Shown: one piece after another, positions 54,042-62,946 of the stretch
How positions within the stretch are numbered: the stretch's first letter is position 1
Layout of the letters: each line of letters opens with the position of its first letter
Assembly: GCA_963682135.1 (NCBI GenBank)
Contig: OY821645.1
Coordinates: forward strand, 1,120,001-1,184,000
From: Methanothrix sp.
Lineage (GTDB): Archaea > Halobacteriota > Methanosarcinia > Methanotrichales > Methanotrichaceae
Reading direction: 5' to 3'
DNA: 64,000 bases
Made by a program: the position numbers and the translations under genes
The notes under the pieces: generated by a model
The model's database searches: none
What the model was told of the DNA's origin: nothing
The model's input: only the letters and a program-made list of their open reading frames with translations

Positions 54042-56636
54042 TTAAGGCAGCTTCAGCATTCCCGGTCGGGGCTCAAATACGTCTCCATCTCTTCTCATAC
54101 GATCAATGATCTCTTCCGCTTTAGCTCTTTCTATGCCCACTTCCACAGCTCTGTCCAAGACCGCATCTCTGGATGCCGGGCCCTGCTGCTCGCGGCTCAC
54201 ATCCCGTATGATATCCATCACCGATTTAGTTCGATCTCTGGTGCTCTTGGTAGTGCCTGAGGCAATAATATCCGCATCCAAGAAGCCCGTCTCTGGATCA
54301 ACGCCTACTTTTCTCAAGCATGCCTCCAGGATCTTGACCACTCGCTTGGCATCATCCAATGTGACCTTATCGGAGAGGCGCAGGCGAGCACTGGCCTCAC
54401 CCAGACGGATAAGCGCCTCAAGTTGCCGGGCGGTGACGGGCACAGGCTTGTTGGTATCCTGCCCCTGGCTGCGGAGACCGACGTAGTACTTGAGGAAGTA
54501 CTCCTTGGCCTCATCACTTAAGGTAGGAAAGATGTTCTTGCGGGCATAGGCCACGTACTTTCGCAGCAGCTCCGGATCAAGGACCGGCTTTATTACTACC
54601 AGAGCGTTGTCGATGTCCTCTTGAGAGATATCCTCGTTCCAGGAAGCTTGAGTAGCCAGCTCGCCGGCATAGTTGCTCTTCAGGATATGCTGGGCGATGG
54701 CCGAGTCCCTCTTGGTGTCCGGATCGTCGGTCAGGACGAAGATCAGATCAAACCGGGACATGAGCGCAGGAGTGAGGTTGATCTGAGGAGCGATGGGCTC
54801 GTACTTGTCGAAGCGGCCCAGCTTGGGATTGGCAGCGGCAAGCAGTGAGCAGCGGGACTTGAGAGTGGCCATGACACCGGCCTTAGCGACGCTTATGGTA
54901 TTGTGCAGAACAAGGCCTTGCGAGATGAATGTGTGGGTCGGCTCGACGGTTACATCATAAACGTAATCTGCAAAGCGCTCGCCCTGATTTGCGATAACTT
55001 TTACATCTACGACATTCAGAGAGCCAATCTCATCCGTTATACCAAAGTTCGATTTCAGCGCAGGGACAATATCTCCTGCTCTTACCTGGCTGGCTGGAAC
55101 ACAAGCGAGCCCATCTTTGGTGACATATACTGGATGTTCGGGAGTAACCAGGATCTCTTTGCCGTTGGAGTAAATGATACTGATGAAATGGTCTGGGGCC
55201 AGATGCCTGCTCACCCTATCAACCGGCAGATCGAAGACGCGGCTCATGTCTGTGCTTATTATCTTAATATTCTCACGGAGCGGTAGAATCTCGCAGTCCT
55301 TTCCGGCAATTATCTCCGAAGGTCGATCCTTCATCAGCCTGTCCACAAATTCACCGATGCGCACCTTTCGCCCATCGGCAAGTTGGATCTCTGTCAGAGG
55401 ATGATAGCTCTGCTGCTCCATCGCCTCGTGCAGCGCGCTTTTGTCCTCGTTGTCCATCTTGTCCATCTCATCTATGGCGGCGATACCCTTGTCCGCCAGG
55501 ACCAGTGCTCCGGCCTCGATGGTCCAGCGACCGTCGCCCAGCTCGTCTTTTACGGCGGTGGCGGTCAGGCCGGCGGAGGTGGAGCTCTTGCCGGAGGTGT
55601 AGATGCCGCGCGGCGAGATCTTAATCATGTAGCGCAAAAGCTGAGATTTGGCGATGCCCGGATCGCCCACCAGCAGGATGTGAATGTCGCCACGAATACG
55701 CGCTCCATCCGGCAGATGCTTCTCGAAGCCGGAGACAAGCTGCAATCCCAGGGCCTCTTTCACATCGTCGTATCCGTAGATGGAAGGAGCGATGGACCCC
55801 CGGATCTTTTCGTAGATCTGTGGATCACAGGACATTTCCAGGAGCAGTTTTTCCTCCTCTGGGTCGATCTCGATCTCCTCGAACTCCTGCTCAGTCATCT
55901 CCACCGAGATTCCTTTATGAAAGAGGTCGAAGTAGGTGCTTTTGCCCTGCTGGGGAGAAGAGCGCTGGTATGATTTGAGTATGCCATTGACGATTACCCG
56001 GTCGCCTGGAAATATCTTGCCTGCCAGGTCGTCCTCCAGTTCCACGTCGAGCGTCTGCGGCTGCGCTCCGCCCCGCAGGTCCTCGGGCGATTCCTGCACC
56101 CGGATCTTTTGGGCATCCACGAACTTGGACTGGGCCAGCATGAGCTTGAAGGGGCCGCCCCGATCGCAGGCCTGGTTCATGCACTTGAGGTTCTGATCCT
56201 CGAATTTGTTGCCGGTCTGCTCTTTAAAGAAGGTGAAGCCACACCTCTGGCACTGGAATGCGGCAGAGATGATCTTGGGCCGCACCTCGGTGGCGGTGCG
56301 CACGAGGCCATCGATGGCCAGCAATTTGCTGATGTGGTCACTGCGCAACTCCCTGGTCTTGAAATGGCGGGGAAGCTCAATAATGCGCACATGGGCCCGG
56401 TCCATGTAAACGTCCATGGGCAGGTCCAGCTCCAGAAGGGCGGCGTGGGCCGCTTCCAAAATAGTCTCAGGATTTTCCAGCAGCTCCTCGGCGAAGTCGG
56501 GATCGAACTTGTCAATGTCTGAGAAGCGGATCTTCAGGCTGCGCTCGTCCGGGTAGGAGTCGGCCAGCTCCAGCAACTCATCCCAGTAGCGAGAGCGGAG
56601 GAATTCCTCCCATTTGGCGACAGGATCGGCGGGCAT
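54042..56636 (-). CDS. mcm: MCM replicative helicase containing a mini-intein
   Basis: GDPGIAKS Walker A, IDEMDKM Walker B, SRFD arginine finger. Confidence 0.96.
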   Translation of the reverse strand: MPADPVAKWEEFLRSRYWDELLELADSYPDERSLKIRFSDIDKFDPDFAEELLENPETILEAAHAALLELDLPMDVYMDRAHVRIIELPRHFKTRELRSDHISKLLAIDGLVRTATEVRPKIISAAFQCQRCGFTFFKEQTGNKFEDQNLKCMNQACDRGGPFKLMLAQSKFVDAQKIRVQESPEDLRGGAQPQTLDVELEDDLAGKIFPGDRVIVNGILKSYQRSSPQQGKSTYFDLFHKGISVEMTEQEFEEIEIDPEEEKLLLEMSCDPQIYEKIRGSIAPSIYGYDDVKEALGLQLVSGFEKHLPDGARIRGDIHILLVGDPGIAKSQLLRYMIKISPRGIYTSGKSSTSAGLTATAVKDELGDGRWTIEAGALVLADKGIAAIDEMDKMDNEDKSALHEAMEQQSYHPLTEIQLADGRKVRIGEFVDRLMKDRPSEIIAGKDCEILPLRENIKIISTDMSRVFDLPVDRVSRHLAPDHFISIIYSNGKEILVTPEHPVYVTKDGLACVPASQVRAGDIVPALKSNFGITDEIGSLNVVDVKVIANQGERFADYVYDVTVEPTHTFISQGLVLHNTISVAKAGVMATLKSRCSLLAAANPKLGRFDKYEPIAPQINLTPALMSRFDLIFVLTDDPDTKRDSAIAQHILKSNYAGELATQASWNEDISQEDIDNALVVIKPVLDPELLRKYVAYARKNIFPTLSDEAKEYFLKYYVGLRSQGQDTNKPVPVTARQLEALIRLGEASARLRLSDKVTLDDAKRVVKILEACLRKVGVDPETGFLDADIIASGTTKSTRDRTKSVMDIIRDVSREQQGPASRDAVLDRAVEVGIERAKAEEIIDRMRRDGDVFEPRPGMLKLP
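54900..55409 (-). mobile_element. Mini-intein, 170 aa, no homing endonuclease
   Basis: Inserted at MEQQ|TISV; block A SYHPLTEI, block B VTPEHP, block F VYDVTVEPTHTF, block G VLHN followed by Thr. Confidence 0.93.
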
Positions 56637-56728
56637 TTTCTGGCGTACGGTAGGAAGGCCAAGTATCTAAAGGTATGCGGTGCGGGGCGAAGGTAAGTTA
56701 TTAGATCATAAAGTTTTATTCATCCATT

Positions 56729-57337
56729 TCAGCTTCCGTGCCTGATGGCGAATGCTATCCTCTGCAGCGCCGTAGCATTGGCCAGCACTACGGTTATGGC
56801 TATTACTATTACCAGCCACTGGGTATTGAATAGTCCCAGAAACATTCCCATATAAAGCAGCATGAGCCTCTCAAACCGCTCCAGTAGTCCGCCCATCTTC
56901 TTAAGCTGTGCCTCGCCCTTCACAATCCCACGGTGATCGGCATAGGCCCGCACAAAGGTGGTCATGAGCGATCCGAAGAAGAGCAGCATAAACCAGACCT
57001 CATAAGCCAGCCCCAGAAACTCGCCTCTTCCCAGATAGAAGATAAGCCCCAGATAGAGCAGGAGCTCCACATACCTGTCCACCACTCCGTCCAGGAAGGC
57101 GCCCTTGGCCGTGGACTGGTGAGTAACCCGGGCCACCGTCCCATCCACGATATCGAGAAAGGCAGACAGGGAGAAGAGCGCCAGGCCCAGGCCCAGCCGC
57201 CCGTGCATCAGCGCGGCCATTCCTCCCACTGCCGGCACGAGAGAGAGCAGCGTCCAGGCATTGGGTGAGAGGCCCAATGCTGCCAGCCCGCCTGCCAGTT
57301 TGTCCGTCTGCTCTGATTTAAATTTGGCTTTAAGCAT
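56729..57337 (-). CDS. CDP-alcohol phosphatidyltransferase
   Basis: DIVDGTVAR...GAFLDGVVDR motif. Confidence 0.92.
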   Translation of the reverse strand: MLKAKFKSEQTDKLAGGLAALGLSPNAWTLLSLVPAVGGMAALMHGRLGLGLALFSLSAFLDIVDGTVARVTHQSTAKGAFLDGVVDRYVELLLYLGLIFYLGRGEFLGLAYEVWFMLLFFGSLMTTFVRAYADHRGIVKGEAQLKKMGGLLERFERLMLLYMGMFLGLFNTQWLVIVIAITVVLANATALQRIAFAIRHGS

Positions 57338-57350
57338 TTTTTATCGTCTC

Positions 57351-58550
57351 TTAAAGGCCGGAGAGGAAGGTCTCTATCCTGTCCAGCGCCTCAATCAGCT
57401 CCTCACGGGATGTGGCATAGCTGCAGCGCAGCAATCCTTCGCCGCTCGGCCCGAAGACGCTGCCCGGCACAACTGCTACCTTCTGCTCTTTGAGGAGCCT
57501 TTCTGCGAATTCATCTGAAGAAAGCCCCCAGGCTTTAACCGAGGGGAAGGCATAAAAGGCTCCTCTGGGCTCGAAGCAGTCCAGGCCGATGCGATTTAAG
57601 CCGGAGACGAACATGCGCCGGCGCAGGTCGTACTCGTGCTTCATATGCAGCATCCCTTCCTCGCCATTCTGCAGAGCCTCCAAAGCCGCCACCTGGGCCA
57701 TGGTCGGCGCACTGAGCATGGTGTACTGATGCACCTTGGTCATGGCTCCCACCAGTGACGGATCGCCCAGCACATAGCCTACGCGCCAGCCGGTCATGGC
57801 ATGCGACTTGGATAGGCCGTTGAGGATGACCGTCCTATCCTGCATGCCCTCCAACTGTGCGAAGCTGGCATGGCTGCCTGAATAGGTGAGCTTGCCATAA
57901 ACCTCGTCGGATACGACGAGAAGATCGTTCTCGACAACCACATCCGCCAGATCCTCCAGATCGGAACGGGTCATTATCGCTCCTGTGGGATTGTTGGGGT
58001 AGCTGAGCAGCAGGGCACGGGTCTTGTCCGTAACTGCCGCAGCAACATCCTCCGGTTGCAGCCGGAACTCATCCTCCAGGCGGGTGGGAACTGTTCTTGC
58101 TACTCCTCCTGCCAGAAGAATGTCCGGTGTGTAGGCCACATAGCAGGGCTCGGGGACGATGACCTCATCACCGGGGTTTAGCGTGGCGCGAAAGGCCAGA
58201 TCAACTGCTTCGCTGACACCAGTGGTGATGAGTATCTGTTGGGCAGGGTCGTAAGTAAGGCCCAGGTCCCGGCTCACCGACTCGCTTATAACCTCCCTAA
58301 GTTCGGGCATGCCTTTGTTGGAGGTGTAATGAGTGTTACCTGACTCCAGCGAATATATGCAGGCCTCGCGCACATGCCAGGGCGTGACGAAGTCCGGCTC
58401 ACCCACACCCAGTGATATTGCTCCTTGCATCTCGCTCACCAGATCGAAGAACTTTCTAATGCCCGAAGGAGGCATGCCATTGACAACCTGATTTAAATGC
58501 CGCTCGGCATTCCAGGCGGATATTGATACGTTTTTCTGTCTCAGTTTCAT
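57351..58550 (-). CDS. Class I/II PLP aminotransferase
   Basis: LGVGEPDF, PNNPTG, SDEVY, SKSHAMTGWRVG. Confidence 0.94.
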   Translation of the reverse strand: MKLRQKNVSISAWNAERHLNQVVNGMPPSGIRKFFDLVSEMQGAISLGVGEPDFVTPWHVREACIYSLESGNTHYTSNKGMPELREVISESVSRDLGLTYDPAQQILITTGVSEAVDLAFRATLNPGDEVIVPEPCYVAYTPDILLAGGVARTVPTRLEDEFRLQPEDVAAAVTDKTRALLLSYPNNPTGAIMTRSDLEDLADVVVENDLLVVSDEVYGKLTYSGSHASFAQLEGMQDRTVILNGLSKSHAMTGWRVGYVLGDPSLVGAMTKVHQYTMLSAPTMAQVAALEALQNGEEGMLHMKHEYDLRRRMFVSGLNRIGLDCFEPRGAFYAFPSVKAWGLSSDEFAERLLKEQKVAVVPGSVFGPSGEGLLRCSYATSREELIEALDRIETFLSGL

Positions 58551-59026
58551 GGAGTAATCACCAATCTCTGGGGCCTCTGCTTTTCGGTGAGAATGACGCC
58601 GTGCTCTTTGTAGCTCCGGAGGATGAAGTGAGTGCAGGTTGATTGAACGCCTTCCAGGGGCGCGATCTTCTCTGCTACGAAGTAAGCGATATCTTTCATG
58701 GACTTGCCCCGCACGGTGACGGATAGGTCATGATCACCTGAGATAAGCCGCACCGACTCTACCTCTGAGAAGTTGGCGATTCTCTCCGCTACAGCGTCGT
58801 AGCCTGTCTTTCGCTGCAACGCTACCTTCAACTCCAAAACGGCGAAGACAAAACTCTGATCGAGCTTCTCCCAATTGATCAAAGTGATGTACTTTCTTAT
58901 GACGCCAGCGTTTTCCAGCTCCCGGATCTCTCTGGCTACATCCGCCTCGGATTTGCCCAGCAGTGCCGCGATCTCGGAAGAGGTTGCCTTGGCGTTTTCG
59001 GAAAGAATCTCCAAAATCTCGTTCAT
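58547..59026 (-). CDS. Lrp/AsnC transcriptional regulator
   Basis: N-terminal HTH; SGDHDL; overlaps the aminotransferase start. Confidence 0.92.
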   Translation of the reverse strand: MNEILEILSENAKATSSEIAALLGKSEADVAREIRELENAGVIRKYITLINWEKLDQSFVFAVLELKVALQRKTGYDAVAERIANFSEVESVRLISGDHDLSVTVRGKSMKDIAYFVAEKIAPLEGVQSTCTHFILRSYKEHGVILTEKQRPQRLVITP

Positions 59027-59139
59027 GAAATTCTGTATTTACCCAGTCCATCCAATTATAGGCTTTGCGCTTACTAGAGTAGTACGGATAATCATATACA
59101 ATCGAAAGTTATTAATACTCTTATTACAACTGTATTAAT

Positions 59140-59256
59140 ATGAAACAGATGAGATGCCCAAAATGCCATTATGGATGGGAGACGAGAGTAAATAAACCAA
59201 AGGCCTGCCCCAGATGCAAAACCAGGTTGGATATGAAGAAGGTAAAGAAGGCCTGA
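59140..59256 (+). CDS. 38-aa zinc-ribbon microprotein
   Basis: MKQMRCPKCHYGWETRVNKPKACPRCKTRLDMKKVKKA; TTATTAA box upstream; hairpin at the stop. Confidence 0.75.
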   Translation: MKQMRCPKCHYGWETRVNKPKACPRCKTRLDMKKVKKA

Positions 59257-59367
59257 ACCAAAGATTCAGGCCTAAATCCCTATTGTTCATTGCGTGGATC
59301 TCTGTAATAAAACAACCAAAGACTGCTAATCTAAAAGGCGATCTTGAAGATTATATGGCAAGGAAAA

Positions 59368-59442
59368 AGCCCCGAGCGTGATTCGAACACGCGACCTATT
59401 GATTACAAGTCAATCGCTCTGGACCAGCTGAGCTACCGAGGC
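59368..59442 (-). tRNA. tRNA-Thr(TGT)
   Basis: ATTGA-CT-TGT-AA-TCAAT anticodon arm. Confidence 0.95.
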
Positions 59443-59453
59443 ACTAGGTTCGA

Positions 59454-60281
59454 TTATTTTCCATCTTTACTTAAAGGCTTTGCCCTTGTCGGCCCTTTCA
59501 TATGCCGGACCTTTTCCAGGCCGCGCAGCAGAGAATAATTGGTGCCGGGATGCCGGCAGTCAAAGTCGCATAAGAGCCTCTTTGCCTCACTGCGCAGGTT
59601 ATTGGTATCAGGCATCTCGCCGGCATCATCAAATCCTAGATGGCGTCCCAGGGCATAAAGCCGCACCTCTTTTTCGGGAATACGTCGAAGCGGCTTTATC
59701 CAGGCAACGGTTTGCTCTTCACTCTCTGGACCTCTTGATTCTTCTCTCCCAGAATTTTCCGATATGACTGCATCCGCGTCGCCCTGCAATAAGCTCATGA
59801 AGATATTTCGCGCCTCATCATCCAGGGTATCGCCGGTAACGAGAATTCCGGCTTGATTTTCCTTGGCAGCCTCAAGAAGCAGCCCCATCTTCCTGGCAGA
59901 TCGGACAATGTCGGGCGTCTCTTGATCCTGCAAAGGCGGCAAGCTCTTTACAGCATAGGCAATTTCCAATTGCTTTGCCACATCTGCGGCCCGGTCGGCG
60001 GTGGGGCACATCATCTTCCCCTCATCGATGATGACTGCCGACAGGTCAATGTCTCTTCGGGCAATGAAGAGATTCTTGAGAACAAATGCGAGCGTAGCGC
60101 TCTTTCTCCCGCCGTCCAGTCCCACGGCTATGCGTGATTCGCGACCGAAGAGACCGGTTTTGCGCAGCTCCTCCCTGATCTTGCGGTGCACATCTCCTTC
60201 AAAATGCTCACGGCATAGATGCATGCCCGAGTACCTTTGATAGATAACGGCATGCCTTGGGCATTTGTCGCACTTGGTCAT
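59454..60281 (-). CDS. Ncs6/TtuA/TtcA-like PP-loop protein with degenerate motifs
   Basis: N-terminal CDKC...HLC..HF zinc finger; DGGRKS in place of SGGKDS; TGDTLDDEA; IKPLRRIPEKEV. Confidence 0.8.
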   Translation of the reverse strand: MTKCDKCPRHAVIYQRYSGMHLCREHFEGDVHRKIREELRKTGLFGRESRIAVGLDGGRKSATLAFVLKNLFIARRDIDLSAVIIDEGKMMCPTADRAADVAKQLEIAYAVKSLPPLQDQETPDIVRSARKMGLLLEAAKENQAGILVTGDTLDDEARNIFMSLLQGDADAVISENSGREESRGPESEEQTVAWIKPLRRIPEKEVRLYALGRHLGFDDAGEMPDTNNLRSEAKRLLCDFDCRHPGTNYSLLRGLEKVRHMKGPTRAKPLSKDGK

Positions 60282-60300
60282 CTTCAGCTCACATCTTAAT

Positions 60301-61338
60301 TCAGACAATCTTGAATCGAAGCAGTGCCGCTACGCCGCCCAGAGAACGCAATCGATCCCCCGGCTCAAACTCCGAGCTGAAGATCACCACCTTCCCCCTG
60401 GCATCAGCCACTTCGCGCATGATATCATCCACTTTTCCCCTACGGGCCAGCTCATCCAATACCAGCAGCTTTTCAATCGCGCCGTAGTTTCGGGCGGTCT
60501 CAACCTCTTTTATGCCGTAGGCGGCTTTGCCGTCCGTGGCGATCTCCCGGAAGAGATCCTCGATGAGCAATGCTTCGCGGGCGATGCGGCTGGACTCCAG
60601 AACGCTCTTTACCGAGCCGCGACGCAAGACCTCCTGAAATCCGGATCTTCCGATGGACGAGGTATCATCCATAGCAATTCTTTTGGCCAAATCGGGAAGG
60701 CTGGAGTCGATAACCTTCTTTAAATCCTCTTTGGTGAACCCTGGCCCCGCGAGGATTACCTCTGCGCCGTCCTTTGCCGTCGTATCAATCGCACGCGCCA
60801 CATCCCGCATAAAGCCGCCGCGCGTGTCTTCTCCGCTTCCTTTGTTGCTACCCTGGCGCAGCTCTGCGGCCATCTGCACCCCGAACTGGCGCAGGACTCC
60901 GATGGTGGCCTCTCCTTCCTCCACCAATGCAATGACCACTCGCGGTCTCTGCGACTCGGCTACTGCCTCATCTATGCGCGCCAGAAGGTCCGGCCTCCAG
61001 TGGTATTTGAGGATGGATAGATCTGTTCCGATCTCAATATTCAGAGTATGGTATGCGCCGACATCCATGCCCGACTTGATAATACCGTGCAGCCGCAGCC
61101 AATTGGAGTACATATGAAACTCTACATCCTCTACCTTGACTCCCAGACGCACCGTCTTTCTCTCCATCTTCTCAGGGCGCGCCTTGTCGGCAATGGCTGG
61201 AACCTTTCGGTGCGTGAGGGCAAAGACAAGATCGCCCCGGGAAATCAAGTGCTGTAGATGCCATAGATCATCTAAAGACTCGGGGAGCAAGGCAATCTCC
61301 CCTTCATCGCCTCGCAAATTCTTCTTCAGGATGCGCAT
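60301..61338 (-). CDS. pelA: Pelota (ribosome rescue factor)
   Basis: ESLDDLWHL, YHTLNI, AGPGFTK, LGGVAALLRF. Confidence 0.95.
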   Translation of the reverse strand: MRILKKNLRGDEGEIALLPESLDDLWHLQHLISRGDLVFALTHRKVPAIADKARPEKMERKTVRLGVKVEDVEFHMYSNWLRLHGIIKSGMDVGAYHTLNIEIGTDLSILKYHWRPDLLARIDEAVAESQRPRVVIALVEEGEATIGVLRQFGVQMAAELRQGSNKGSGEDTRGGFMRDVARAIDTTAKDGAEVILAGPGFTKEDLKKVIDSSLPDLAKRIAMDDTSSIGRSGFQEVLRRGSVKSVLESSRIAREALLIEDLFREIATDGKAAYGIKEVETARNYGAIEKLLVLDELARRGKVDDIMREVADARGKVVIFSSEFEPGDRLRSLGGVAALLRFKIV

Positions 61339-61395
61339 GAAATCTACCTTCTAATCAAAAGGCTTAAATCATTGTGCATCGAGGGAGGGTGTCGA

Positions 61396-61486
61396 GCCGC
61401 CATAACTCAGTTGGTAGAGTGTCTGGCTGTTAATTGCAGAGAAAGCAGTAACCAGAATGTCACAGGTTCGAGCCCTGTTGGCGGCG
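61396..61486 (+). tRNA. tRNA-Asn(GTT) with 18-nt intron (61433-61450)
   Basis: TCTGG-CT-GTT-A [ATTGCAGAGAAAGCAGTA] A-CCAGA. Confidence 0.92.
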
Positions 61487-61496
61487 CATTCTTTTT

Positions 61497-61571
61497 GGGC
61501 CTGTAGCTCAGTCCGGTTAGAGCGCTCGGCTCATAACCGAGTGGTCGCCGGTTCAAATCCGGCCAGGCCCA
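61497..61571 (+). tRNA. tRNA with CAT anticodon, probably tRNA-Ile2
   Basis: CTCGG-CT-CAT-AA-CCGAG; GGGCC acceptor stem typical of archaeal Ile tRNAs. Confidence 0.85.
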
Positions 61572-61583
61572 TGCGGCCAAATT

Positions 61584-62285
61584 TTACAGATCAGTAGTAG
61601 ACAAGACCTCATAGCGCAGCCATACAACTTCGCCTTTTAGCTGCTCTACCTGCATGAGCTTAAGTGAGATCACCTTCTTCTGGCTTTCCAGCTGATCCGC
61701 AGCCGCCGCCAGGTCAGGAGCGACGAAGATGCCTCTCTGCATTTCGCCGCCGACGAGGCTGGGATATATGAGCAGGCTCACCTCGGCCACCAGGCCCTGG
61801 CTGAGAAGAAGGCCGTTCAGGGTGCCGCCCGCGTCCACGCGCACCACCAACACGCCGTAGCGGGAGTTCATCTCCTGCAAAGCAGCCCGCAGGTCAACGT
61901 GATCCTCGCCTGCGATAATGCAGTCGATGTGTCTCTCTTTGAGGTAATGCAGATAATCCTGGGGCGTGGACTGGGAGCACAGGGCCACAAAGCCGCGCCA
62001 GTAGGGCAGGCTTCTCAGGTAATGCCAGGTGCGTATCCGTCCGCGGCTGTCGGGCACGGCCAGCAGGGGACGCCGATCGTTGGGATCGATCTTGGGCGGG
62101 AGAAAGGCGCTCTCATCCTCAGGAGGAGCCTCGCTTGCAGCTTTGAGAAAGGTGTCTGAGCCGGCAAGTGTGGCATCCTCCTTCCAGGTAGCAGCCAGCT
62201 CATAGTATTGGTACAGATCGATGGGAAAGCCGTCAATCTTTCCATCCAGGCTGACGGCGTTATGCAGAATTACTCTGGGCAGCAT
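61584..62285 (-). CDS. RibD C-terminal-like pyrimidine reductase (DHFR fold)
   Basis: HNAVSLDGKI, DSRGR, VDAGGTLNG, PSLVGG. Confidence 0.88.
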   Translation of the reverse strand: MLPRVILHNAVSLDGKIDGFPIDLYQYYELAATWKEDATLAGSDTFLKAASEAPPEDESAFLPPKIDPNDRRPLLAVPDSRGRIRTWHYLRSLPYWRGFVALCSQSTPQDYLHYLKERHIDCIIAGEDHVDLRAALQEMNSRYGVLVVRVDAGGTLNGLLLSQGLVAEVSLLIYPSLVGGEMQRGIFVAPDLAAAADQLESQKKVISLKLMQVEQLKGEVVWLRYEVLSTTDL

Positions 62286-62295
62286 GAATTGCCTT

Positions 62296-62580
62296 TCAGT
62301 TGCTCTTTGATTTGATCTTTTCTTCCATTTTTTTCAGCCATGCAAAGAGCCGTTTTCGCCAGTTGAAGTCTCGATATTTGGCCATCGCCTCTCTTCCCAG
62401 GATGAGAACTGCGAGCCAAAATGACCCTTCTCCCAGAATGACCAGAGCGGCGGAAAGGGCAATCTTTCTTTCTGCGGGGAGAGAAGAGAAGGGCACGAGC
62501 AGCAAGCATCCGTAAAAGGCGAAGGAAGCCGCGACCAGAGCTATGCCGAGCCATTTCTTCCGGGGAAAGATTTTTTGCAT
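62296..62580 (-). CDS. Small two-TM protein (transporter-suffix-domain-like)
   Basis: Two hydrophobic helices, GEGSFWLAVLILGRE, basic tail. Confidence 0.7.
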   Translation of the reverse strand: MQKIFPRKKWLGIALVAASFAFYGCLLLVPFSSLPAERKIALSAALVILGEGSFWLAVLILGREAMAKYRDFNWRKRLFAWLKKMEEKIKSKSN

Positions 62581-62946
62581 TATAAATCGGAAATGACTGT
62601 ATCGTAAAGAAGATGGCGATTACGAGGCCTAGGCCAATCTCCCTGCCCTTGCCCAGGGGCGGGCCCACGGGTGCGTGCAAAATTTGCGAGTTGTTCATAG
62701 TGCTGTGTGCAATCTCCCAAAACTGGCCTAAATCCTCATTGACCTAACTACCCGTTCACGTAGTCTAGGTAAAATTGGGTTAACAATCGGAGGATTGCGA
62801 TTAATCGGCACCCGTGATAGCAAATAAATAGGGCTTCAGCTTTGTAGAAGCCAAAAAAAGGAAGGATTATTTTACAATTTATACAGACTCATGGTTGAGT
62901 AGGATCTTCTTGTATACCCCGGATGATACTAGTATTCATTAATTTC

